A stretch of DNA of 64,000 nt from Deltaproteobacteria bacterium (GTDB taxonomy: Bacteria; Myxococcota_A; UBA9160; SMWR01). Positions 18,028-27,114 of this stretch are shown here, one piece after another. The translations under genes and the position numbers were made by a program. Below the pieces are notes generated by a model. It did no database searches and was not told where the DNA came from. It saw nothing but the letters and a program-made list of their open reading frames with translations. Each line of letters begins with the position of its first letter. The first letter of the stretch is position 1. Location of the stretch: NCBI GenBank assembly GCA_032128115.1, contig JAQBHB010000093.1:160001-224000 (forward strand), given 5' to 3'.

Positions 18028-18831
18028 ATGAGCTACGTCCGCATCGAGAAGCCGCGCCCGCACACCCGTGTCATCGTGATGGACCGCCCCGAGCGCATGA
18101 ACTCCATGGCGTTCGAGCTGGTGGCGCCGCTTCACGAGGCCATCGCGGAGGTGGCGGCCGACAATGATGCCTGGTGCGTGGTGCTCACGGGCGTGGGCAA
18201 GGCGTTCTGCGCCGGGGCCGACACCCAGAACGGCGAGCCCCCGCCCAACATCGAAGGGTTGACGCTGACCCGGATTGCCACCCGGGCCATGACGATCCTT
18301 GCCGACCTGGTGCCCAGCCTGCGGCGCATGCCCCAGCCGGTGATCTGCGCCGTGAACGGCGCCGCCATCGGGGGCGGGCTGTGCCTCACCCTGGGTGCAG
18401 ACATCCGGATCGCGGGCGAATCGGCCTATTTTCGGGCGGCGGGCATCAACAACGGACTCACGGCCACCGAGCTGGGCCTGAGCTTCCTGCTGTCCCGGGC
18501 CATTGGCAGTTCGCGCGCCTTCGAAATCGCCCTGTCGGGGCGGGACGTCTCGGCCCGCGAGGCCGCGGAGATGGGACTGGTGTCGCGCACCGTCCCGGAT
18601 GATGCCCTGCTCGACACCGCACTCGACCTGGCGGAGCAGATCAACGGCTGGAGCACCCAGGGGGTCGCCCTGACGAAGCGCATGCTGTGGGCGGGCCTGG
18701 AGACGAGCAGCCTGCAAGCCGCCATCGAGCTGGAGAGCCACACCCAGCTGTTCATCCGCATGACGACCCAGAACTTCGAAGAAGCGACTCGCGCGCGAAA
18801 AGCGGGCCGAAAACCCGATTTCAAGGACTAG
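18028..18831 (+). CDS. Enoyl-CoA hydratase/isomerase family protein
   Basis: AFCAGAD, PVICAVNGAAIGGGL and ADIRIA crotonase motifs. Confidence 0.93.
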   Translation: MSYVRIEKPRPHTRVIVMDRPERMNSMAFELVAPLHEAIAEVAADNDAWCVVLTGVGKAFCAGADTQNGEPPPNIEGLTLTRIATRAMTILADLVPSLRRMPQPVICAVNGAAIGGGLCLTLGADIRIAGESAYFRAAGINNGLTATELGLSFLLSRAIGSSRAFEIALSGRDVSAREAAEMGLVSRTVPDDALLDTALDLAEQINGWSTQGVALTKRMLWAGLETSSLQAAIELESHTQLFIRMTTQNFEEATRARKAGRKPDFKD

Positions 18832-18852
18832 CCCCACGCAGCGAGGAGCACC

Positions 18853-19866
18853 ATGAAGGTCGACGGATCCCTGCTCGTGGACGACCCGGCCGACGCCGGA
18901 CCGGCCGCCCAGCGCCTCGAGGCGGCGGGCTACGACGGCGGCTTCAGCTTCGAGGGTCGCCACGATCCGTTCCTGCCCCTGGCGGTGGCAGCCCAACAGA
19001 CCACGACCCTGGAGCTCGTGCCCGCCATCGCCATCGCCTTCGCCCGCAACCCCATGCTGCTCGCGAACCTGGGTTACGACATGCAGCTGCTGTCGAAGGG
19101 GCGATTCATCCTCGGGCTCGGCAGCCAGATCCGACCCCACATCCAGAAGCGCTTCTCCATGGAATGGTCGCGACCGGCCGCGCGCATGCGCGAGATGGTG
19201 TGGGCGATCCGCGCCATCTGGGATTGCTGGCAGAACGGGACGCCGCTGGATTTCCGGGGCGAGTTCTACACCCACACGCTGATGCCGCCGGTGTTCAACC
19301 CCGGCCCGAATCCCTTCGGGCTGCCCCGCATCTTCTGTGCCGGCGTGGGTCCGCGCATGACCGAGGTGGCGGGCGAGGTGGCCGACGGCTTCTTCGTTCA
19401 CCCGTTCCACACCGCGGAGTTCTTGCGCGAAGTCTCCCTGCCCTCGCTCGAGAAGGGCCTGTCCCGGGCCGGACGCCCGCGAGATCGGTTCGAGATCTCG
19501 TGTCAGGCGATCCTGGCCACCGGAACCAGCGAAGAGGAGATCCTGGCCGCGCGCAACGGCGCCCGGGCCCAGATCTCGTTCTACGGGTCGACTCCCGCCT
19601 ACCGCCCGGTGCTCGAGCACTGCGGGCGCGGCGAGCTGCAGACCGAGCTGAATCGGCTCTCGAAGTCGGGCAACTGGCTCGAGATGGCGGGGCTCATCGA
19701 TGACGATCTGCTCGACCGGATCGCCGTGACCGGTCCGCGCAGCGAAATCGCCGGCGCGTTGCGGTCGCGCTTCGCCGGACTGGCCGACCGGGTGAGCCTG
19801 ATCGCCCCATTCTCTCCCGAGGGGGAACTCTGGGCCGACGTGGTGAAGGAACTCCACTTGGCCTGA
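18853..19866 (+). CDS. LLM-class oxidoreductase, probably F420-dependent (TIGR03617-like)
   Basis: EGRHDPFLPL, IAIAFARNPM, GRFILGLGSQIRPHI..RFS and FYGSTPAY motifs. Confidence 0.88.
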   Translation: MKVDGSLLVDDPADAGPAAQRLEAAGYDGGFSFEGRHDPFLPLAVAAQQTTTLELVPAIAIAFARNPMLLANLGYDMQLLSKGRFILGLGSQIRPHIQKRFSMEWSRPAARMREMVWAIRAIWDCWQNGTPLDFRGEFYTHTLMPPVFNPGPNPFGLPRIFCAGVGPRMTEVAGEVADGFFVHPFHTAEFLREVSLPSLEKGLSRAGRPRDRFEISCQAILATGTSEEEILAARNGARAQISFYGSTPAYRPVLEHCGRGELQTELNRLSKSGNWLEMAGLIDDDLLDRIAVTGPRSEIAGALRSRFAGLADRVSLIAPFSPEGELWADVVKELHLA

Positions 19867-20001
19867 GGTCCGACGGATGGGCCAACCAGCCCGGCCAAAC
19901 GCCGTTCTGATCGTTCCCGGCGGCCCTTGCGACTTTCGTGCGGCTCCCGGTCCGCGTAGGATCGGGGGCCCTGCTGTAGCGGAACTGGACCTGGAGGAAG
20001 C

Positions 20002-21714
20002 ATGGCCCTGGAAGCTGGTGAAACCCGAGAACGACTCCGTGAGCTCGAGCTGTTCCGCGATTGCGACGACGCCGATCTCGATCGGGTTTCTGCGGTGGCC
20101 AGGGTCCAGGCGCGCTTCGAGCCTGGCGAGGTCCTCTACACCGAGGGCGAGCCCGCTCGCGATTGCTATCTGATCGTCGAGGGGGAAGCCGAGATCACCA
20201 TCGCCGGGCGCTTCCTGGGCAGCAGCGGGGAGGGCGAGAGCATCGGCGAGATGGGCCTGCTGCATCGCGTGCCGCGAACCGCCACGGTGACGGCCCGCAC
20301 GCCGGTCACGGTGCAGGTGATCGACGCCCAGGGTTTCGAACGCTTGTTGGACGAGGCGCCATCGGTGACCCGTGCCCTGCTTCGCCAGGTGAGTCGGCGC
20401 CTGGTCGAGCGCAGCGAGACGGTGGCCCACCTGGCTGCGCTCGCCGACGAAACCACCGTGCACGTCGGTGCAGAGTCCGCTCCGGCACCGCGGGCGAAGC
20501 CCGATCGGGTGCTACTCGATCCGAGCGCGCCGGGTTTCTTCGCAAATCCATACCTCCAGTACGCCGCATTGCGTGAGCACGACCCGGTGCACCACGACAC
20601 GCTGCAGGATACCTGGCTTCTCTCCCGCTACACGGACGTGGTCGCGCTGGGGCGCAACAAGGACCTCGCGGTCGAGATCGAGCACGCGAGCGAGAGTCCC
20701 TACGTGGACATGGAGCGCGAGCGCTTGCGGCGCATGCAGGGACGACAGACCAAGATGATGTTCCGGCGCGATCCACCGAACCACACGCGGCTGCGGCGCC
20801 AGGTCTACAAGCAGTTCACGCCCAAGGCGGTGAAGGCCCTGCGGCCGCGCCTGCAATCCCTGGTGGATCGAACCCTGGATCAGCTGGCGCGGAAGGCCGA
20901 AGCCGATCTGATCGAGGACTTCGCCTTCCCGCTCCCGCTGGCCGTGATCTCCGACATGCTGGGCATGCCCGAGGGAGACGAGGCCTCGATTCGCGGCTGG
21001 TCCCAGGCGATCACGAAGGCCATCGATCCGTCCATCACGGAGGCCGAGATGGAGGCTTCCGTCGTCGCATCGGACGCCATGTGCGAGTACCTGATCGGTG
21101 TGATCCGTGACAAACGGTCGAACCCAGCGGACGACATGCTCTCGATGCTGGCGTCGCTCGCCGACGCTCGAGACGAGCTCAACGAAGACGAGCTGGTAGA
21201 CCAGCTCATGCTGCTCTACATCGCGGGCCACGAGACCACGGTGAACCTGATCGGAAACGGCACCCTGGCCCTGCTGCGCCAGCCCGAACAGTTCGAGCGG
21301 CTGCGCCTGGACCCGGCGCTGCTTGCCAATGCGGTGGAGGAGCTTCTCCGCTTCGACAGCCCGGCCCAGTTCACGCGGCGGATCGCGAAGCAGGACCTGG
21401 AGGTTGGCGGCCAGCGCATTCCCGCCGGTGCCGTGATCTTCGGCAGCCTGGGCGCGGCCAACCGCGATCCGGCGAGATGGGGCCCGGACGCCGACCGTCT
21501 GGACGTGGCGCGCCGGGGCGCCCACGAGCACGTCTCGTTCGGAGGCGGGATCCACCACTGCCTGGGCGCTTCCCTGGTGCGGCTGGAAGGCCAGGTGGCA
21601 TTGGGGAGCCTGGTGCAGCGTTTCCCGCGCATGCAGCTCGGTGCCGAGCCCGAGTTTTCGCCCCGCATGACCTTGCGCGGACTCAGCGCCCTTCGTGTCT
21701 CGCTCGGCACGTGA
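20002..21714 (+). CDS. Cyclic-nucleotide-binding domain fused to cytochrome P450
   Basis: aa 1-140 cNMP domain (GESIGEMGLL..PRTATV); then P450 with DPPNHTRLR, AGHETT, EELLR and FGGGIHHCLG; GGAGG RBS. Confidence 0.92.
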   Translation: MALEAGETRERLRELELFRDCDDADLDRVSAVARVQARFEPGEVLYTEGEPARDCYLIVEGEAEITIAGRFLGSSGEGESIGEMGLLHRVPRTATVTARTPVTVQVIDAQGFERLLDEAPSVTRALLRQVSRRLVERSETVAHLAALADETTVHVGAESAPAPRAKPDRVLLDPSAPGFFANPYLQYAALREHDPVHHDTLQDTWLLSRYTDVVALGRNKDLAVEIEHASESPYVDMERERLRRMQGRQTKMMFRRDPPNHTRLRRQVYKQFTPKAVKALRPRLQSLVDRTLDQLARKAEADLIEDFAFPLPLAVISDMLGMPEGDEASIRGWSQAITKAIDPSITEAEMEASVVASDAMCEYLIGVIRDKRSNPADDMLSMLASLADARDELNEDELVDQLMLLYIAGHETTVNLIGNGTLALLRQPEQFERLRLDPALLANAVEELLRFDSPAQFTRRIAKQDLEVGGQRIPAGAVIFGSLGAANRDPARWGPDADRLDVARRGAHEHVSFGGGIHHCLGASLVRLEGQVALGSLVQRFPRMQLGAEPEFSPRMTLRGLSALRVSLGT

Positions 21715-22127
21715 GGCGCCTGTCGGTCGGGAGAGATGTAGAGGCGAACTGCCGCAAGTGCGGTGAGGTGTGGCACGTGGTGGTGGCACTCGCAGCAGGG
21801 GAGGTCGCCAAGGTGGAGTGCAAGCAATGCGGCGCCCGCCATCGCTACCGGCCCGTGGATGGGCACGCCGCCCCGGCAGCGTCGCGCCGGGTCGTCGGGA
21901 GCCGGCCGGCGCGCGGGCGTCGGGTCGAGAAGCGTTCCGTGGTGGAGGCCAACGCGTCGCGCCCCCAGCGCAGCTTCCGTATCACCGACCGCTACGAGGT
22001 GGGTGATCGGATCGTGCACGCGAGCTTCGGCAAGGGCGTGGTGCAGGCCGTCACCGGCGCCACCAAGATCGAGGTGCTCTTCGAAGCGGGCCGCAAGGTC
22101 CTGGTGCACGGACGCGGCCCCCGCTGA
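21711..22127 (+). CDS. Small zinc-ribbon plus Tudor-like (UvrD/PcrA C-terminal-like) protein
   Basis: GTGA overlap with the P450 stop; CRKC..CKQC..H; YEVGDRIVHASFGKGVV..KIEVLF. Confidence 0.75.
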   Translation: MRRLSVGRDVEANCRKCGEVWHVVVALAAGEVAKVECKQCGARHRYRPVDGHAAPAASRRVVGSRPARGRRVEKRSVVEANASRPQRSFRITDRYEVGDRIVHASFGKGVVQAVTGATKIEVLFEAGRKVLVHGRGPR

Positions 22128-22207
22128 GAACCGCGGCGGCTGGGTCGTTGGCCGTGGGCGGATTTCAGCTGGAGCCTGGCAACGCGCCGTTCCGGACACC
22201 GCCCGCC

Positions 22208-22278
22208 AGGAGGCATCCATGAGCGAGGAGGCATCCATGATCGAGGAGGAATCCATCAGCGAGGAGGAATCCATGAGC
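22208..22278 (+). repeat. Four 18-bp tandem units GAGGAGG(C/A)ATCCAT(G/C)A(G/T)C, each an RBS plus start position
   Basis: Units at 22208-22224, 22225-22242, 22243-22260 and 22261-22278; in-frame ATGs at 22219, 22237 and 22273 (ATC at 22255). Confidence 0.95.
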
Positions 22279-24546
22279 GCCACCCCGTCCGGCTCCGGAG
22301 CCTGGAAGCCGACCGCCTGCATCCTGTGTGAGTGCAACTGCGGAATCGAGATCCAGCTGGGCGGGGATGACGGCCGCCACTTCACGAGGATCCGCGGCGA
22401 CAAGGCGCATCCTGCCTCCCAGGGTTACGCGTGCGAGAAGCCGTCGCGCCTGGACTACTACCAGAACGGCCGCGATCGCCTGATGGTGCCCCTGCGCCGC
22501 CGCGAAGACGGGAGCTACGAAGAGATCGACTGGGACACGGCCATCCGCGAGGTGGCCGCGCGCTTCGCCGCGATTCGTGACGAACACGGGGGAGCCTCGA
22601 TCTTCTACTACGGCGGAGGCGGCCAGGGGAATCACCTGCCCGCTGCCTACTCACGCTCCACCCGGGCGGTGCTGGGTTCCAGCTTTCGTTCCAACGCGCT
22701 CGCCCAGGAGAAGACCGGCGAGTTCTGGGTGAGCGGCAAGATGACGGGAGCCTTCACCCGGGCCGATTTCGAGAACTGCGAGGTGGGGGTATTCATCGGC
22801 AAGAACCCCTGGTTCTCCCACGGCATTCCCCGCGCCCGGGTGACACTGCGCGAAATCGCCAAGGACCCTGGCCGCTGCATGATCGTGATCGACCCTCGCC
22901 GCTCCGAGACGGCGGAGCTGGCGGACATCCACCTGCAGGTGAAGCCCGGTACCGACGCCTGGCTGCTAGCCGCCATGGTGGGCGTGCTGGTACAGGAGGA
23001 TCTGCTCGCCCACGACTGGCTGGGCGCGCACACCGAAGGCCTGGATCGGGTGCTGCCCTACTTCTCGGAATTGCCCGTGGACCGCTACTGCCGGGCGAGC
23101 GGCGTGTCCGAGGAGCTGGTTCGCCGAGCCACCCGCCGCATCGCCCAGGCAGCGAGCACCGCGTTTTTCGAGGACCTGGGCGTGCAGATGAATCGCCACT
23201 CCACGTTGGTGAGTTACCTGCACCGATTGCTGTGCTTCGGCACGGGAAACTTCGGAAAGAGGGGCGCCGGCTACTCGCCGGCCTCTCTCCAGCCCCTGGC
23301 GGGCGGCGCGGGTCAGGCAGGGCGCACCAGCCCGGTGACGGGCTCGCGCATCATCGGAGGCCTGACCCCCTGCAACGTGATCCCGGACGAGATCCTCACG
23401 GACCACCCGGACCGTTTCCGCGCCATGCTGGTCGAGAGCGCCAATCCCGCCCACTCGCTGGCAGACGGCCCGCGGATGCGCGAGTGCCTTGGCGCCCTGG
23501 AGCTATTGGTGGTGATCGACGTGGCCATGAGTGAGACCGCGCGCCTGGCCGACTATGTGCTGCCGGTGTCGACCCAGTTCGAAAAGGCGGAGGCCACCTT
23601 CTTCAACTTCGAATTCCCGAGCAACTACTTCCACCTGCGCCGGCCCCTGCTGGAGCCACCGGAGGGCCTCTTCTCCGAGGCCGAGCTGCACGCGCGCCTG
23701 CTGGAGGCCATGGGCGCGCTGCCCGAGCCCGCGGTCAAGACCCTGCGCGAGGCCTGGGACCAGGGACGGACGGAGTTCCGCGAAAAATTCTTCGAACTGC
23801 TGGCAAACGATCCGGGCTTCTTCTCCCTGGCCCCGGTGATCCTCTATCGCGCCATCGGCGACAAGCTGCCCCACCGCCTGGCCGAGGGAGCGGTGGTATG
23901 GGCCCTGGCGCACGTGGCCGCCCAGCGGGCGCCCGACTCGATCCGGCGCGCGGGTTTCGAAGGCGAGGGCCTCGACCTGGGCGATGCGCTGTTCGACGGC
24001 ATCCTCGCTGGGAAGAGTGGCGTGATCTTCTCGGTCGACGACTGGGAGGAGAGCTGGAGCCGGCTCGCAACGCCGAACGGCCGCATCCAGCTGGCGGTGC
24101 CGGAGCTCTTCGACGAACTGGTGGGCCTGGCCAGCGAGGAGCCTCCGGCCTCGAACGCCGAGTATCCCTTCGTGCTGTCCGCCGGGGAGCGGCGCGCGTT
24201 CACGGCCAACACCATCGTCCGCGACCCGGACTGGCGAAAGAAGGGCCGAAGCGGTGCCCTGCGCATGAATCCCGAGGACGCCGCGCGCATCGGCGTCGAA
24301 GACGGGGGCCTCGCCCGACTCTCCACGCGCCGGGGAAGCGCCGAGGTGGCCATCGAGATCTCCGACCGCATGCAACCCGGGCACGTCTCGCTTCCGAACG
24401 GCCTGGGCCTCGACTACCCGGACGATCGCGGCAAGCGGGCCGCCACGGGAATCGCGCCCAACGAGCTCACGGCCTCGGAAGACCGCGACTGGCTGGCCGG
24501 CACCCCGTGGCACAAGCATACGCCGGCGCAAATCGAGTCGATCTGA
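22219..24546 (+). CDS. Molybdopterin-dependent oxidoreductase (DMSO reductase superfamily) with N-terminal [4Fe-4S] site
   Basis: TACILCECNCG..GYACEK, VIDPRRSETAELAD, SETARLADYVLP and C-terminal LRMNPEDA motifs; no Tat signal. Start may be 22273. Confidence 0.92.
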   Translation: MSEEASMIEEESISEEESMSATPSGSGAWKPTACILCECNCGIEIQLGGDDGRHFTRIRGDKAHPASQGYACEKPSRLDYYQNGRDRLMVPLRRREDGSYEEIDWDTAIREVAARFAAIRDEHGGASIFYYGGGGQGNHLPAAYSRSTRAVLGSSFRSNALAQEKTGEFWVSGKMTGAFTRADFENCEVGVFIGKNPWFSHGIPRARVTLREIAKDPGRCMIVIDPRRSETAELADIHLQVKPGTDAWLLAAMVGVLVQEDLLAHDWLGAHTEGLDRVLPYFSELPVDRYCRASGVSEELVRRATRRIAQAASTAFFEDLGVQMNRHSTLVSYLHRLLCFGTGNFGKRGAGYSPASLQPLAGGAGQAGRTSPVTGSRIIGGLTPCNVIPDEILTDHPDRFRAMLVESANPAHSLADGPRMRECLGALELLVVIDVAMSETARLADYVLPVSTQFEKAEATFFNFEFPSNYFHLRRPLLEPPEGLFSEAELHARLLEAMGALPEPAVKTLREAWDQGRTEFREKFFELLANDPGFFSLAPVILYRAIGDKLPHRLAEGAVVWALAHVAAQRAPDSIRRAGFEGEGLDLGDALFDGILAGKSGVIFSVDDWEESWSRLATPNGRIQLAVPELFDELVGLASEEPPASNAEYPFVLSAGERRAFTANTIVRDPDWRKKGRSGALRMNPEDAARIGVEDGGLARLSTRRGSAEVAIEISDRMQPGHVSLPNGLGLDYPDDRGKRAATGIAPNELTASEDRDWLAGTPWHKHTPAQIESI

Positions 24547-24551
24547 GAGAT

Positions 24552-24592
24552 CCCAGTCCGAGGGGCCCCAGACCGAGGGGCCCTAGAGGGGC
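24552..24592. repeat. 15-bp tandem duplication CCCAG(T/A)CCGAGGGGC plus a partial third copy
   Basis: Units at 24552-24566, 24567-24581 and 24582-24592, just after the oxidoreductase stop. Confidence 0.85.
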
Positions 24593-24601
24593 AGGATCCA
24601 T

Positions 24602-24635
24602 GCTATTGAACAAATCCTGACATCTGTTCAATAGC
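24602..24635. promoter_or_regulatory. Palindromic operator candidate for the downstream TetR
   Basis: GCTATTGAACA-N12-TGTTCAATAGC perfect 11-bp inverted repeat, AT-rich, immediately before the AGGAGG RBS of the P450 gene. Confidence 0.75.
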
Positions 24636-24647
24636 CAGGAGGTCCCC

Positions 24648-25856
24648 ATGGCGAACGCCGACCAGGCCGTCTTCGAGCCGTGCAGCGCCGAAACCTGGCG
24701 CAATCCCTTCCCCATGTACGCAGCCCTGCGCGATCACGATCCGGTCCACCACGTGCCGGACAACGGCGAAGGCGAGGACTACTGGGTGCTGTCGCGCTTC
24801 CAGCACATCTTCGATGCCGCCGTCGACGCCGCGAGCTTCAGCTCGGCCCAGGGTCTCACCTTCGCGTATGGCGAAATGGAGAAGGTCGGCGTCGAGGCGC
24901 CCGTGGTGATGATGGATCCGCCCGAGCACACGCGGCTGCGCAAGCTCGCGATCAAGCGATTCACGCCCCAGCGGGTGCAGGCGCTGGAGCCCATGCTTCG
25001 CGAGTTCGTGGTGGAGCGAGTCGAGCGCCTGCGCGAGATGGGCGAGGGTGACATCGTGGCCGAGCTGCTCAAGCCCCTGCCGAGTCTGGTGGTGGCCCAC
25101 TTCCTGGGCGTCCCCCGGGAAGACCGGACGCTTTTCGACCGCTGGACCCAGGCCATCGTGGCCGCCAATGCCATCGGCGACGTGCTTTCGGCGGCCGAAG
25201 CCGTGGGCGAGATGTTCGGCTACTTCAACCGCCTGATCGCGAAGCGCCGCACGGACCCAGGCGAGGATCTCATCTCGGCACTGGTCCACGGCAGGATCCA
25301 GGGTCGCGAGGTGGGATTGGCGCAGATCCTGGGCTTCGGATTCACCATGGTGACCGGAGGCAACGACACCACCACCGGACTGTTGGGCGGCGCCGTCGAA
25401 CTGCTGACGCGCCACCCGGACCAGCGCGCGCTGCTGCTCGCGGACCCGGAACGCACGAAGGACGCCGTGGACGAGTTCCTGCGCCTCACCGCCCCCGTGC
25501 AGGGCCTGGCGCGGATGACGACCCGAGACGTGGAAGTCGAGGGCCGCGGGATTCCGGCGGGCCGCAAGGTGATGCTGCTCTACGCCTCGGCGAACCGCGA
25601 CGAGCGCGAATTCGGGCCGCGCGCGGCCGAGTGCGATGTCCTGCGCCGGCCCAGGCGCATCCTGAGCTTCAGCTATGGGCCTCATCATTGCATCGGCGCC
25701 GCCGCCGCTCGTCTCCAGGCCCGGATCGCGCTGGAGGAGTTGCTGGCTCGCTGCCCCGAGTACAGCGTGGACGCCGAGCGCGGACGCTATGCACCGGGCC
25801 ACTTCGTGCGGCGTTTCGAATCGCTGCCGTTTCGCGCGAAAGGTGGCGTGCGGTGA
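24648..25856 (+). CDS. Cytochrome P450, CYP130-like
   Basis: [47 protein letters not shown] and [15 protein letters not shown] match my recollection of M. tuberculosis CYP130 (Rv1256c). Confidence 0.92.
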   Translation: MANADQAVFEPCSAETWRNPFPMYAALRDHDPVHHVPDNGEGEDYWVLSRFQHIFDAAVDAASFSSAQGLTFAYGEMEKVGVEAPVVMMDPPEHTRLRKLAIKRFTPQRVQALEPMLREFVVERVERLREMGEGDIVAELLKPLPSLVVAHFLGVPREDRTLFDRWTQAIVAANAIGDVLSAAEAVGEMFGYFNRLIAKRRTDPGEDLISALVHGRIQGREVGLAQILGFGFTMVTGGNDTTTGLLGGAVELLTRHPDQRALLLADPERTKDAVDEFLRLTAPVQGLARMTTRDVEVEGRGIPAGRKVMLLYASANRDEREFGPRAAECDVLRRPRRILSFSYGPHHCIGAAAARLQARIALEELLARCPEYSVDAERGRYAPGHFVRRFESLPFRAKGGVR

Positions 25857-26413
25857 CCAGCGCCTGGCTCCGCGAGGAACAGCCGGATCTGGCGGCGGAC
25901 CGCATCCTGGATGCTGCGGAGAAGGTCTTCATCGAGCGGGGAGTTTCGTCCGCCGGCATGGCGCAGATCGCCGAGGCCGCGGGATGTTCGCGCGGAACCC
26001 TTTACCGCTACTTCAAGAACCGCCACGAACTGCACCGGGCCTACGTCAACCGCGAGGCCCTGCGCCTGATCGATCGCATGGGCCGCGACCTCCAGTCCAT
26101 TGCCGATCCCCGCGAGCGCCTGGTGGAGGTCGTCCTGCGATCGGTGCGCGAGGTCCGGAACAACCCGGCTACCGCCGCCTGGTTCGTTTCCGCCGAGGCC
26201 GGTCGGGCAGCCCGGATGTCGCGGAGCTCGGAGCTGATCGACGCGCTGGCCCAGGCATTCGTGAGCCGACTCCCGGCGCCCCACGACCCGCTGCGGGCCC
26301 GCTGGCTGGTGCGGGTGATCGTGTCGCTCCTCAGCATGCCGGGCGAGGACGGCGCCGAGGAGCGCGCCCTGGTGGAGCGCTTCGTGGCGCCGGTGGTGTT
26401 GGGCCAGGCCTGA
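25853..26413 (+). CDS. TetR/AcrR-family regulator, Rv1255c-like
   Basis: GTGA overlap; [23 protein letters not shown] helix-turn-helix; [15 protein letters not shown]-terminus. Confidence 0.92.
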   Translation: MTSAWLREEQPDLAADRILDAAEKVFIERGVSSAGMAQIAEAAGCSRGTLYRYFKNRHELHRAYVNREALRLIDRMGRDLQSIADPRERLVEVVLRSVREVRNNPATAAWFVSAEAGRAARMSRSSELIDALAQAFVSRLPAPHDPLRARWLVRVIVSLLSMPGEDGAEERALVERFVAPVVLGQA

Positions 26414-26455
26414 TAGGCTCGCACGCGCAAGCGCCGACAACCGGGAGACCACGCC

Positions 26456-26890
26456 ATGATCGAGAAGACCATCGAAAACTGGCATCGCCATCTCAAGGGC
26501 GAGTTCCCCGGCGGCCTCGACGAGCTGCTGGCCGAAGACGTGGTGTTCTACTCGCCCGTCGTCTTCACGCCCCAGAAGGGGCGCGAAATCACCAAGGCCT
26601 ACCTGAACGCCGCCGGGGGCGCCCTGGGCGGGGAGGACTCCTCGGAGTCAGGCTCGTCCGCGGGGGAGAGCCGAAAGTTCCGCTACACCAAGCAGGTGTT
26701 GTCGGGCAACCAGGCTGTCCTGGAGTTCGAGACCTGGGCCGGTGGCAAGTACATCAACGGCGTCGACATCATCTGCTGCAACGACGAGGGGCGCATCGTC
26801 GAGTTCAAGGTGATGATCCGGCCCCTGCAGGCCGTGAATACGGTCCACGGGCAGATGAAGGCCATGCTGGAGAAGATGAACGCCCTCTGA
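26456..26890 (+). CDS. SnoaL-like / NTF2-family protein
   Basis: LLAEDVVFYSPVVFTPQKG, INGVDII and EFKVMIRPL motifs. Confidence 0.9.
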   Translation: MIEKTIENWHRHLKGEFPGGLDELLAEDVVFYSPVVFTPQKGREITKAYLNAAGGALGGEDSSESGSSAGESRKFRYTKQVLSGNQAVLEFETWAGGKYINGVDIICCNDEGRIVEFKVMIRPLQAVNTVHGQMKAMLEKMNAL

Positions 26891-26891
26891 G

Positions 26892-27080
26892 TCAGATGCT
26901 CTTCACGATCCGCAAGCAGAGAATCTTCGCGATGTTGAGCAGGAGCCGGGCGGCGACCCGGGGGTCGCTCTTCATGATGTTGCGGATCGTGCCCTCGCTG
27001 AGGCTTAGCACGCGCACACCGTCGGTTGCGGCGTAGACGTCGGCGGTGCGCGGCCCTTCCAGCAGGAAGGCCACCTCCCG
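26892..27080 (-). pseudogene. Orphan C-terminal fragment of a cyclic-nucleotide-binding domain protein
   Basis: EVAFLLEGPRTADVYAATDGVRVLSL..DPRVAARLLLNIAKILCLRI-stop; the upstream frame is only antisense of the next gene and has no credible start. Confidence 0.7.
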
Positions 27081-27114
27081 AGGCCGGAGATCCGGTACCC
27101 TGGCGACGAAGATC

